Assembly: GCA_963769025.1 (NCBI GenBank)
Contig: CAVYKI010000006.1
Coordinates: 288,001 to 352,000 of the forward strand
Source of the DNA: an uncultured Verrucomicrobiae bacterium
GTDB lineage: Bacteria; Verrucomicrobiota; Verrucomicrobiia; Chthoniobacterales; Chthoniobacteraceae
Length of the DNA: 64,000 nt
Reading direction: 5' to 3'
The notes under the pieces were generated by a model. The model saw nothing but the letters and a program-made list of their open reading frames with translations. It ran no database searches and was not told the DNA's origin. Shown piece by piece: positions 1 to 11,541 of this stretch; position 1 is the stretch's first letter, and every line of letters starts with the position of its first letter. Made by a program: the position numbers and the translations under genes.

Positions 1-1784
<1,784 letters not shown>

Positions 1785-1872
1785 TTATTAAATTACCTTG
1801 GACGGCCAATGTAGGTGCATCCCGAAGCGGTCAACCGGGATGTCTCCTCGGGCGACGGATCTGCCTGTCCGA

Positions 1873-2833
1873 TCAGTAAATTTTGATGAACGCCTTTTTC
1901 CGGAGGCGCTGCAGCCACTCCTGCTGATCCTTCTGGCGCTCGACTTGGAGCAGCCGTTTCTCGATTTCCTCCCGGAGTTCCTTGAGGGGCTTGGAGACGC
2001 CGCCCTTCTTTTCCTCGATGAGCATGAGGTAATAGGTCTGGTTCAGCTCGACGATGTCGCTGACCTTCCCGACCGGGAGGCGGAAGACGACCTGCTCCAT
2101 GTCGGGATTCAGGTCGCCGCGCTTGATCCAGCCCCAGTCGCCGCCTTTGTCCTGCGTGGAGTCCATCGAATATACCTTCGCGAGGTCGCCAAAATCCGCG
2201 CCGCGGACGATTTTTTCGCGGATTTCCTGAAGCATCTTCCGGCTTTTGGCAGGGTCGGCACCGGGGGAGATTTTGATCATCCGCAGCTTCACCTGATCGC
2301 CCACGGTCCACTCCTGGAGGTGCTCGCGGTAGTAGCTCTCCACCCGGCCCGGCGGAATAATCGGCTCCTCCTTCACTTCCCGCGAGCGCATCGCCTGCAC
2401 GATGATCTTTTCCTCCTCCATCTTGCGGATGCGTTCCATCGTAAAGCCTTGCGCCGCGATGGTCCGCATGAAGGCGGATTTGTCGCCGCCGAACTCCTCG
2501 CGGATGATGGCGTTCACGCGGTCATCGATGGCGTGGGGCGGGATCTGGCCCTTCATTTTTTTGAACTCGTGAAGGATGAGCTGCCGGTCGATGAGATCAT
2601 TCACCGCGCGCAGCCGGACTTCCTTGATGCGCGCGGCCAGGGCGTTCGCCGGAGAAATTCGCGCGCAGCGAATTCTCCAGTGCCCCGGTGAGTTCACGCA
2701 CTTGCGAAAAGGTGACCACATCGTCGTTGACCATGGCTGCGACTCCGTCGAGCACCTGGGTGTCGGCCGCCGAGGCGGTGTGTGCGCAGAATGCGAGGCC
2801 GACGGCGAAAAGGAACGGGCGTAGATGGATCAC
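1873..2833 (-). CDS. SurA/PpiC-type peptidyl-prolyl isomerase (frameshift near 2640)
   Basis: Signal peptide and DGVAAMVNDDVVT (SurA N-terminus) in ORF 2597..2833. Parvulin motif GADFGDLAKVYS..KGGDWGW in ORF 1873..2721. Confidence 0.88.
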
Positions 2834-2972
2834 GGTTTTGATGTTTCGGAATTCCGGAGCAAGCTAGGAACCGGTCCCCGCAAGTCAAGCGTGTCGGAGC
2901 GTGTCCGGCACCCCGCCGGGGCAAAAGTTTCATTGCGGCACCCGTTTTGCCGATTAGGTTCGCCGCCCAGAA

Positions 2973-3497
2973 ATGCTCAACGAGGACAGTATCCAATACG
3001 CCATCGAAAATACCCGCGTGACGGTGGCGCCGCAGAGCCGGATCGAGACGTTTGGGACGACGGTGTTCCGTTTTTTCCTCGTCACCGAGCTGATGGACAC
3101 CGCCGGGCAGGTGCGCGTGCGCGACGGGCGGCTCCATGCGGAGCGCCCGGCGATCATCACCCCGGAGCATTTTCACCGGATGCTCGACGAAGGCTTCGGC
3201 GACAAGGCGGCGAAATTCGTGGACTGGCTCCGCGACAATGCTGCCGAGATGGCGGTGCTGCGCTACGGGTTTCAGTTCCGGAAGACCGACATGCAGGAAT
3301 CGGTCGTGCATGATTCCGTCGATGCCGTGCTCGCGCGGCTGCGGGAAAATGTGGATCGCGCGGAGGACCCGCTGGTCACGGTGATCCACGGCGTGGATGA
3401 GGGCTGGGAGGTGTGCCTGCTGAAATTTGCCACCGACATGATCCAGCGTTCCGCCGCGGGGAACGTGGACGAATGGCGGCGGCGCGGGCTTCTCTGA
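2973..3497 (+). CDS. Conserved hypothetical protein
   Basis: 174-aa ORF with globular, protein-like composition and the same codon bias as its neighbours. Promoter-like TTGCGG/TAGGTT just upstream. Confidence 0.75.
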   Translation: MLNEDSIQYAIENTRVTVAPQSRIETFGTTVFRFFLVTELMDTAGQVRVRDGRLHAERPAIITPEHFHRMLDEGFGDKAAKFVDWLRDNAAEMAVLRYGFQFRKTDMQESVVHDSVDAVLARLRENVDRAEDPLVTVIHGVDEGWEVCLLKFATDMIQRSAAGNVDEWRRRGLL

Positions 3498-3564
3498 GCG
3501 GCGGCCGGTTCAGTTCCGCAATGACCGTGACGTCCCGATGGATGGTCGATAACTTTTCCCGCGC

Positions 3565-4405
3565 ATGCTCCTCCGGATATTCGTCATCCTAGTCCTCGCT
3601 GGCGTCATTTTCGGCGCCTGCTGGTTTGCGGTGAACGAGCTGTACATCAAGCCCGAGAAGCGGCTCCATGTCGACCGTGCGCTGCCTCCGCCGACGCCCC
3701 CGCCGGATCCGAGCCTCGCGGATTTTGCAAAGTGCGAGGTGATTCACCGCGCCGGGGACATGGCCGCGAGCCGCAAGGTGGTGGAGCAGTTTCTCCGCGA
3801 ATACCCGGCATCCGTGAAACGCGACGCCGTGTATGACATGCTCGGCGAAATCAACGCGGCCGAGTTCTTCGCCGCGCGCCCGACCGATGACAACACCTAC
3901 ATCGTCCGGCCCGGGGATTCCTTTTCGCGGGTCGCGAACCGGACGAAAGTGCCCGTCGAACTGCTCGTCCACCTGAACAAGATCGACGATCGCTTTCTGC
4001 ACCCCAACCAGCGACTCATCGCGCCGCCGGTCGCGTTCCGGCTCGTCATCCAGCAAAAAAACCACCGGCTCGTGCTCTACAATGGCGACAAGTTTTTCCG
4101 CCAATATCCCGCGGCGACATGGCCGGGCAACGGCAAGCCGGTGATCCATCCCAGGCAGACGGGTCGCGTCGTGGAAAAGCGCGCCTTCGACAGCACGGGC
4201 AGCGTGACCCCCGCGCAGGCCCGCTACTTTCAAGGCCTACCACATCCTGCTCATCAACATCCCCGGCCATTCGCTCCACACGCAGCCGACCGACCCGAAG
4301 GCCGTCGTCGAACGTCCGCCCGGCGGCGGCATCGGGCTCGCGCCGGACCACATGAATGAAATCGCGATCTTGCTTCCGGCCGGCGCTCCCGTGATCATGG
4401 AGTGA
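3565..4405 (+). CDS. Membrane-anchored LysM-domain protein with an L,D-transpeptidase-like C-terminal region (frameshift near 4232)
   Basis: N-terminal TM helix, LysM YIVRPGDSFSRVA..LNKI..LHPNQRL, then a YkuD-like strand RLVIQQKNHRLVLY. The shifted frame ends ...IAILLPAGAPVIME* just before accA. Confidence 0.7.
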
Positions 4406-4407
4406 GC

Positions 4408-5367
4408 ATGAAATCACAGCCGCTCGACTTCGAGAAGCCCATCGTCGAACTGGAACAGAAACTCGACGAACTCCGCGGGCACAGCCGGGAAAACAACGTG
4501 AACCTCGACCCCGAGGTGCGCCGCATGGAGTCGAAGATCGAGGAGATGAAAAAGAACGTCTATCTCAACCTCACCGCATGGCAGCGCGTGCAGATCGCCC
4601 GTCACACCGCGCGGCCCTATACGCTCGATTACCTCCAGCTTTCCTTCTCCGATTTTGTCGAGCTTCACGGTGACCGCCGCTTCGCCGACGACCCCTCGAT
4701 GCCCTGCGGCCTTGCCACGATCGGCAACCACCGCTGCGCCGTCGCCGGCCAGCAAAAGGGCCGCGACACGAAGGAAAACATCCACCGCAACTTCGGCTGC
4801 GCCAATCCCGAGGGCTACCGGAAGGCGCTTCGCCTCATGCGCATGGCGGAAAAATTCGGCCTGCCATTCGTCTCGCTCATCGACACGCCCGGCGCCTACC
4901 CCGGCATCGGCGCGGAGGAGCGCCACATCGCCGAAAGCATCGCCGTGAACATCCGCGACATGATGACCTTGCGCACGCCGACCGTCGCCGTCGTCATCGG
5001 CGAAGGCGGCAGCGGCGGCGCACTCGGCATCGGCGTGAGCGACCGCGTCCTCATGCTGGAAAATGCGTATTACTCCGTCATCAGCCCCGAGGGTTGCGCG
5101 GCGATCCTGTGGAAGCACCGCAAGCACGCGCCCGAGGCTGCCGAGGCGCTGAAGCTCACCGCGACGGACCTGAAGGAACTCAAGCTCGTGGACGACGTGG
5201 TTCCCGAGCCGCTCGGCGGCGCGCATCAGGATCAGGAAGCCGCCATCGCCAATCTCCGCAGCGCCGTCACCCGTCACCTCGACGAGCTGACGAAAATCCC
5301 GATGGATCAGCTCCTCGAGCAGCGGTACGACAAATTCCGCCGGATGGGATTCTTCGCCGGCGAGTAA
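4408..5367 (+). CDS. accA: Acetyl-CoA carboxylase carboxyltransferase subunit alpha
   Basis: LDFEKPI, ARHTARP, IDTPGAYPG, GEGGSGGAL, YSVISPEGCAAILW. Confidence 0.98.
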   Translation: MKSQPLDFEKPIVELEQKLDELRGHSRENNVNLDPEVRRMESKIEEMKKNVYLNLTAWQRVQIARHTARPYTLDYLQLSFSDFVELHGDRRFADDPSMPCGLATIGNHRCAVAGQQKGRDTKENIHRNFGCANPEGYRKALRLMRMAEKFGLPFVSLIDTPGAYPGIGAEERHIAESIAVNIRDMMTLRTPTVAVVIGEGGSGGALGIGVSDRVLMLENAYYSVISPEGCAAILWKHRKHAPEAAEALKLTATDLKELKLVDDVVPEPLGGAHQDQEAAIANLRSAVTRHLDELTKIPMDQLLEQRYDKFRRMGFFAGE

Positions 5368-5403
5368 TCCGCAGCCGCCGACCGAAGGAGCCGGGCAAAC
5401 TTT

Positions 5404-6186
5404 CTACCGCGCTGCTTCGCCCTTCACCGAACGCACAAACTCTCCCGCCGCCCGCCGGATCTCCGCGGCGACATCCGCGCGCTGCGTGGCGAACTTCGGC
5501 TTGAACCACGGGAAGAGCCCGATGACGTCGTGCAGAACGAGCACCTGGCCGTCGCAATCCGTGCCGGAACCGATGCCGATCGTGGGAATGCGGACACGCT
5601 CGGAAATTTCCTTCGCGACTGCCGGGACGACGAGTTCCAGCAGCAGGCCGAAGGCACCCGCCTTTTCCACCGCCACGGCATCCGCGAGGAGCGCCGAAGC
5701 CTGCTCCGCAGTCTTGCCCTTGATGCGATAGCCGCCCTCGACGCGCACCTGCTGCGGCTGCATGCCGATGTGCGCCATGACCGGGATGCCCGCCGCGACG
5801 AGCGCGGAAATGTGCGCGATGTGCGAAGCGCCGCCCTCAAGTTTCACCGCGTGCGCGCCGGCTTCGATGAGACGCCGGCTGTTTTCGACCGTGAGTTCTG
5901 GCGTCGCCGTGCTGCCAAAGGGGAGGTCGGCGAGGATGAGCGGATGCGAACCTCCATCCCGTGATCCGCGCGCGACGGCGCGGGTGTGGTGGAGCATTTC
6001 GTCCATCGTCACGAGCGTCGTATCCGGGTAGCCGAGCACGACCATTCCGAGCGAATCGCCGACGAGGATGACATCCACGCCCGCCTCGCCGAGGAGGCGC
6101 GCCATCGGGTAATCGTACGCGGTGAGCACGGCGATGCGCTCGCCGCGATCACATGCGGCCTGAAATGCGAGGATGCGTTCGTTCAT
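5404..6186 (-). CDS. panB: 3-methyl-2-oxobutanoate hydroxymethyltransferase
   Basis: LTAYDY, LVGDSLGM, AVKLEGG, IGIGSGTDCDGQVLV. Confidence 0.97.
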   Translation of the reverse strand: MNERILAFQAACDRGERIAVLTAYDYPMARLLGEAGVDVILVGDSLGMVVLGYPDTTLVTMDEMLHHTRAVARGSRDGGSHPLILADLPFGSTATPELTVENSRRLIEAGAHAVKLEGGASHIAHISALVAAGIPVMAHIGMQPQQVRVEGGYRIKGKTAEQASALLADAVAVEKAGAFGLLLELVVPAVAKEISERVRIPTIGIGSGTDCDGQVLVLHDVIGLFPWFKPKFATQRADVAAEIRRAAGEFVRSVKGEAAR

Positions 6187-6241
6187 GGGCGCTGAGGCGG
6201 AGAAAACGCGAAGCGCGCGCGACGCCAAGAGAAATCGCGCA

Positions 6242-6743
6242 TCACCACGTGTCGGCGAAGACGGTGACGGCTGAGGGATCATCGAGCCTCGCGAGCAGTT
6301 CGGCGACGGTGTGCGACTGGCCCGGCAAGGCGGAGGTCGGGACGGATGTCGTTCAGCGGAGCGAGCACGAAACGGCGCAGATGCAGCCGGGGGTGGGGGA
6401 GGATGAGCGTGTCGTCGGTCATCACGAGGTCGCCGGCGTAGAGGATGTCGAGGTCGAGCGTGCGCGGCGCGTTGCGCGGGTAGCGCGTCGGACGGCCAAG
6501 CGCCGATTCGATGGAGCGCAGCGCGGCGAGCAGCGTGAGCGGGTCGCCGGCGAAGTCGACTTCCATCACGGCATTCAGAAAAGGTCCCGCATCCGGCCCG
6601 GTGCCGACGGGTTCCGTTTCATACACGCGCGAATGCAGCACCGGTGCGGTGACTCCCGGCAGACGCAGCACGGCCGCGCGGCCCGCGGTGAGATTTGCGA
6701 GGCGGTCGCCGAGATTGGAGCCGAGTGCGATGCCGGTGCGCAT
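6242..6743 (-). CDS. folK: 2-amino-4-hydroxy-6-hydroxymethyldihydropteridine diphosphokinase (frameshift near 6328)
   Basis: IALGSNLGDR, PRTLDLDIL, LILPHPRLHLRRFVLAPL. The shifted frame restores the PGQSHTVAELL C-terminus. Confidence 0.95.
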
Positions 6744-6761
6744 GGCTCGGGAAGAGTCGGG

Positions 6762-7499
6762 CTATTTCAGCCCGAGCACGTCCTGCATCGTGTAGAGGCC
6801 AGGCGGCTTTCCGTGCGCCCAGAGTGCGGCACGCAGCGCGCCGCGCGCGAAGATTTCACGGCCCGATGCCTTGTGCGTCAGTTCCACGCGCTCGCCGAGG
6901 GACGCAAAAAGGACGGTGTGATCGCCGACGACATCGCCGCCGCGGATGGCGTGCATGCCGATCTCCGTCTTCGTCCGCGCGCCGACGTCGCCGTGGCGTC
7001 CGTGGAGCACGTCCTTGTTGTATTCGAGGCCGCGGACGGCGGTGAGGATCTCCGCGAGGTTCTTCGCCGTGCCGCTGGGCGCGTCCTTTTTCAGCCGGTG
7101 ATGCGTTTCGAGAATCTCGATGTCGAAGTCCGGGCCGAGGATTTCCGCCGCCTTGCGCGCGAGCCAGTAGAGCGCATTCACGCCGGTGGAGTAGTTGCCG
7201 GAAAAGACGATCGGGATCGACTTTGCCGCCGCGTGGATCGCCGCGACCTCCGCGTCGGTGTGGCCGGTGGTGCCGATGACGAGCGTCTTCTTTCCCGCGA
7301 CGCAGCCCGCGACCACGGCGTCGCAAGTCGAGTGGTGGGAGAAATCGATCACTGCGTCGCACTTTCCGGTGGCTGCGGAGAAGTCGTCGCCGACATCCAC
7401 CGTCGCGCCGATGGTGAATTCCGCGATCTCTTTCGCGCACGCGATGAGCATCTGCCCCATGCGGCCGTGCGAACCGTTGATGAGAAGGCGCACGCTCAT
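6762..7499 (-). CDS. dapB: 4-hydroxy-tetrahydrodipicolinate reductase
   Basis: GSHGRMG, VIGTTG, ETHHRLKKDAPSGTA, RGGDVVGDH. Confidence 0.98.
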   Translation of the reverse strand: MSVRLLINGSHGRMGQMLIACAKEIAEFTIGATVDVGDDFSAATGKCDAVIDFSHHSTCDAVVAGCVAGKKTLVIGTTGHTDAEVAAIHAAAKSIPIVFSGNYSTGVNALYWLARKAAEILGPDFDIEILETHHRLKKDAPSGTAKNLAEILTAVRGLEYNKDVLHGRHGDVGARTKTEIGMHAIRGGDVVGDHTVLFASLGERVELTHKASGREIFARGALRAALWAHGKPPGLYTMQDVLGLK

Positions 7500-8378
7500 C
7501 TACTTGAGAAGGTCGGTGGCCGTCAGCGTCGTGCGCAGCTTTTTCAGGCTGGACTCGGCGAGTTCGCAGAGCGGGAGGCGGACTTCGGCGGTCATGCGTC
7601 CCTGCCACGCGAGCGCCTGCTTGATGGGCGCCGGGTTGCTCTCGATGAAGATGTCCTTGAAGAGCCCGTACCAGTGGCGGTGGATGCGGCGGGCTTCGTC
7701 GAAATGCCCCGCGAGCGCGGCGGCGACGAGCGCGCCGACTTCCTTCGGAATGATGTTCGACGCGACGCTGATGACGCCGACCGCGCCGACGCTCATGAAC
7801 GGCAGCGTGAGCGAGTCGTCGCCCGAGAGGATGTCGAACTTCGCAGGCAGCGCAGCGCGCAGGGCGCTCACGCGCTCGACGCTGCCGCCGGCTTCCTTGA
7901 TGGCGACGACGTTCGGGCAGTCGTTTGCGAGGCGCACGCACGTGTCCACGCCGATCTCGACGCCGCAGCGGCCGGGGATGCTGTAGAGAATGAGCGGGAG
8001 CTTTGTCTTTTCCGCGATGGCGCGGAAATGCCGGTAGAGGCCCTCCTGCGTGGGGCGGTTGTAATACGGCGCAACGAGCAGCGCGGCATCGGCTCCGAGC
8101 TTCTCGCTTTCCACGGTCATCTCGATGGCCTCGCGCGTGGAATTCGATCCGGTCCCGGCAATGACCTTGCAGCGCCCCTTCGCATGCTGCACCCCGATCT
8201 CGATGACGCGGAGATGCTCGGCGTGGTCGAGCGTCGGCGATTCGCCGGTCGTGCCCACGGGAACGATGCCCGTGATGCCTGCGGCGATTTGCGCCTCGAT
8301 GAGGCTGGAGAACGCGGCTTCGTCCACGCGGTCATTGCGGAACGGCGTGACGAGGGCGGTGTGTGTCCCTTGGAACAT
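7500..8378 (-). CDS. dapA: 4-hydroxy-tetrahydrodipicolinate synthase
   Basis: ALVTPF, GTTGESPTL, PYYNRP, YSIPGR, IKEAGG, LSGDD, ESNPAPIK. Confidence 0.98.
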   Translation of the reverse strand: MFQGTHTALVTPFRNDRVDEAAFSSLIEAQIAAGITGIVPVGTTGESPTLDHAEHLRVIEIGVQHAKGRCKVIAGTGSNSTREAIEMTVESEKLGADAALLVAPYYNRPTQEGLYRHFRAIAEKTKLPLILYSIPGRCGVEIGVDTCVRLANDCPNVVAIKEAGGSVERVSALRAALPAKFDILSGDDSLTLPFMSVGAVGVISVASNIIPKEVGALVAAALAGHFDEARRIHRHWYGLFKDIFIESNPAPIKQALAWQGRMTAEVRLPLCELAESSLKKLRTTLTATDLLK

Positions 8379-8487
8379 AAGGGCGCGGGTTTTACGCGCC
8401 GGGGAAGGGGAGGGCAAGGGGTTCTTGCTCTGCGCGGGCGGAGAACGTTAAATTGGAGCGGTCAACTCCGTTCAGAACGCGCCTGCC

Positions 8488-9027
8488 ATGCTCAAGAAAA
8501 TCCTGGTCGTCCTTGTGCTGCTCATCGTGGTGCTGCTCATCGTCGTCGCCGTGCAGTCCGCCGATTTCCGCGTCACCCGGTCCGCGACCATCGCAGCTCC
8601 GCCCGCGGCGGTCTTTGAGCGGTTGAATGACTTTCACAAATGGAACGACTGGTCCCCGTGGGCGAAGCTGGATCCGAACGCGAAGAACACCTTCGAGGGG
8701 CCGGCATCCGGCGTCGGGGCGAAATTCGCATGGTCGGGGAACAACGAGGTGGGTGAGGGGAGCATGACGATCACCGAGAGCAAGCCGTCCGAACTCGTGC
8801 GCATGAAGCTCGACTTCGTCAGGCCCTTCGAAGCCACGAGCACCACGGAATTCACCCTCAAACCCGAAGGCGGAGGGACTGCGATCACCTGGAGCATGTC
8901 CGGCCGGAACAATTTCATCGGCAAGGCCGTGGGTCTTTTCATGAACTGCGACAAGATGGTCGGCGGGCAGTTCGAGAAGGGATTTGCCAACTTGAAGGCA
9001 CTCGTCGAGACACCGGGAAAAAACTGA
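8488..9027 (+). CDS. SRPBCC/START (polyketide cyclase-like) family protein with N-terminal anchor
   Basis: VTRSATIAAPPAAVF..W..WSPW, GVGAKFAWSGN, C-terminal helix GGQFEKGFANLKALVE. Confidence 0.88.
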   Translation: MLKKILVVLVLLIVVLLIVVAVQSADFRVTRSATIAAPPAAVFERLNDFHKWNDWSPWAKLDPNAKNTFEGPASGVGAKFAWSGNNEVGEGSMTITESKPSELVRMKLDFVRPFEATSTTEFTLKPEGGGTAITWSMSGRNNFIGKAVGLFMNCDKMVGGQFEKGFANLKALVETPGKN

Positions 9028-9073
9028 CCGTCCCGCACTGGCGCCGCCCCCGCTTTTGACACCACACCGCCCT

Positions 9074-9456
9074 ATGAAATACGCACCCGCCATCGCAGGC
9101 CTCCTCCTCGGCCTGCTCTTCATCATGTCGTCCGTCGTCTTCTTCTTTAACCTCGTCCAGATGCCCCCGCCGCCCGAGGGGTCGGCTGCGGCGATGTTCT
9201 TCGGCGCGTTCGGCCCGACGGGATACATGAAGTTCGTCAAAGTCCTCGAACTGACCGGCGGCATCCTCGTCGCCATCCCGAAGACGCGGAATTTCGGCCT
9301 GCTCATCCTCGGCCCGATCCTCGTGAACATCCTCGCGTTCCACATTTTCATCATGAAAGGCGCCGGGCTGTTCGAGCCGATGATCATCGGCATCGTCGTG
9401 CTGGCGCTCTACCTTCTGTGGGCCGCGCGCAGGAAATTCGCGGGCCTCGCAACTGA
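9074..9456 (+). CDS. DoxX-like four-TM membrane protein (stop probably displaced by a 1-nt indel)
   Basis: Four hydrophobic segments; [35 protein letters not shown] at 9454-9456 is one base out of frame. Confidence 0.75.
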
Positions 9457-9467
9457 CCCGTCACCAT

Positions 9468-10629
9468 ATGAGCAGCGTCCGCGTCCTCGTCGGCACCAAG
9501 AAAGGTGCGTTCATTCTCACTTCCGACGGGAAGCGGGAAAAGTGGGAGGTCAGCGGCCCGCACTTCGCGGGCTGGGAGATGTATCACCTCAAGGGCTCGC
9601 CGGTGAACCCGGACCGCATCTATGCGTCGCAGACCAGCAGTTGGTTCGGGCAGGTCATCCAGCGCTCCGACGACGGCGGAAAAACGTGGGCGCCGCCGGA
9701 TGGGAAGCCGCTGCCGGCGTTTGACGCGCCGCCGCCAGGGCGAGAGCAACAAATTCGCCTACGAGGGCGAGGTCGGCACGCACAAGTGGTACGACGGCAC
9801 GCAGCATCCGTGGGAATTCAAGCGCGTCTGGCATCTCGAGCCGTCGCTCACGGACCCGGATACCGTCTTCGCCGGAGCGGAGGATGCCGCACTTTTCAAG
9901 AGCACCGATGCTGGCGCGACGTGGAAGGAACTCCCCGGCTTGCGCGCGGCGAAGGGCATGCTCTGGCAGCCCGGCGCCGGCGGCATGTGCCTCCACACCA
10001 TCCTTCTCGATCCCGTCAATCCGCAGCGCATCTTCGTCGCCATCTCGGCGGCGGGCGCGTTCCGCACCGATGACGGCGGCACGACGTGGAAGCCCATCAA
10101 CCGCGGCCTGAAGTCCGCCTACGAACTTCCCGACCCGGATGCCGATGTCGGCCACTGCGTGCACCGCATCGCCATGCATCCTTCGCGGCCTGAAGTCCTC
10201 TTCATGCAAAAGCATTGGGACGTGATGCGCTCCGACAACGCCGGCGACATGTGGTACGAAGTCAGCGGCAATCTCCCGACCGACTTCGGCTTTCCCATCG
10301 AGGTCCACGCGCACGAGCCGGAGACGATCTACGTCGTGCCGATCAAGAGCGACTCCGAGCATTTCCCGCCGGACGGGAAATTGCGCGTCTATCGCAGCCG
10401 CACGGGCGGCCACGAGTGGGAGGCGCTCACGAAGGGACTGCCGCAGGAGCACTGCTACGTGAACGTCCTGCGCGACGCCATGGCCGTGGATTCGCTCGAC
10501 TCGTGCGGCATCTACTTCGGCACCACCGGCGGTCAGGTCTATTGTTCCGCCGACAGCGGCGACTCGTGGAAGCCGATCGTCCGCGACCTTCCGGCCGTCT
10601 ATTCGGTCGAGGTCCAGACGCTGAAATGA
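9468..10629 (+). CDS. BNR/Asp-box beta-propeller protein (sialidase/Vps10-like fold; frameshift near 9738)
   Basis: Repeated S/T-x-D-x-G-x-T-W Asp boxes ([44 protein letters not shown]). Starts VLVGTKKG; no signal peptide. Confidence 0.9.
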
Positions 10630-10922
10630 TCCGCGTGGTGCTCCCGTATCACCTCCGCAACCTCGCGCGCGTGAGCGGCGAGGTGAAGGTGGAGGCCGGG
10701 AGCCCGGCGACGCTGCGCACGGTGCTCGACGCGCTGGAGGCGGCTTATCCCACGCTCCGCGGGACGATCCGCGACCACACCACCGGGCAGCGACGCCCGT
10801 TCGTCCGTTTCTTCGCGTGCAAGGAAGACCTCTCGCACGAACCTCCCGACACATCTCTCCCGGACGCCGTCGTCGCAGGCACCGAGCCGTTCCTCATCGT
10901 TGGCGCGATGGCCGGCGGGTAA
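10626..10922 (+). CDS. MoaD/ThiS-family ubiquitin-like protein
   Basis: [10 protein letters not shown]...[16 protein letters not shown]...[10 protein letters not shown] (C-terminal diglycine). ATGA overlap with the upstream stop. Confidence 0.9.
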   Translation: MIRVVLPYHLRNLARVSGEVKVEAGSPATLRTVLDALEAAYPTLRGTIRDHTTGQRRPFVRFFACKEDLSHEPPDTSLPDAVVAGTEPFLIVGAMAGG

Positions 10923-10971
10923 CCGCTCACGCGAGCAGCGGACCCGCAGATTGGGTAGCGAAAACCGGCCG

Positions 10972-11397
10972 CTACTTTCCCGCCGCGATCGGCGCGGGCC
11001 TGTAAACCTTGTGCACGATGATGCCGAGCAACACCGCCTGCACGATGGCCGCGAGCACCCACTTAGCGACCAGTGAGCCCGGCAACGGCTGAACCGCATA
11101 CATCATGAGCTGCCCGCCGCCGCTGAAGACACCCATGCTCGCGGCGAAACCGATGGTGGTTTTCATGCTGCGCCTATCCGCCACGCAGACGGCGAAGATC
11201 ATCGTGAACGCCGCCGCCACGAGAAACTGCGCGAGCAGCGTCCACGGCATCTTTGCCATCATCTCCGCCTCCGGCCTCCACAGCGAAGCCGTCGCCTTGT
11301 AGGTAGTGCCCAGCCATACCGCGTGAACGAGAAAGTCCATCGCCCAGACGGTGACGAACGCGACGACGATGGTGATGAGCAGGCTCTTGGGGTTCAT
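10972..11397 (-). CDS. Hypothetical four-TM membrane protein
   Basis: 141-aa ORF with four hydrophobic segments. Confidence 0.75.
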   Translation of the reverse strand: MNPKSLLITIVVAFVTVWAMDFLVHAVWLGTTYKATASLWRPEAEMMAKMPWTLLAQFLVAAAFTMIFAVCVADRRSMKTTIGFAASMGVFSGGGQLMMYAVQPLPGSLVAKWVLAAIVQAVLLGIIVHKVYRPAPIAAGK

Positions 11398-11541
11398 GCC
11401 GCCGCTTTAAGCGGGATGATTCGCACGCGGGCAAGATGCAAAGGCGCGGTGGCTTAAAACCAGTCACTGATCACCCTCCACCAGTCGCAGCCCCGGATGG
11501 AAGAACTGTGTCCGCGCGTTCAAGAGCGCGGCTCCTTGCGG

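Noticed and set aside
6153..8618. 821-aa plus-strand ORF
   Set aside because: Antisense to folK-dapB-dapA; no recognisable motifs.
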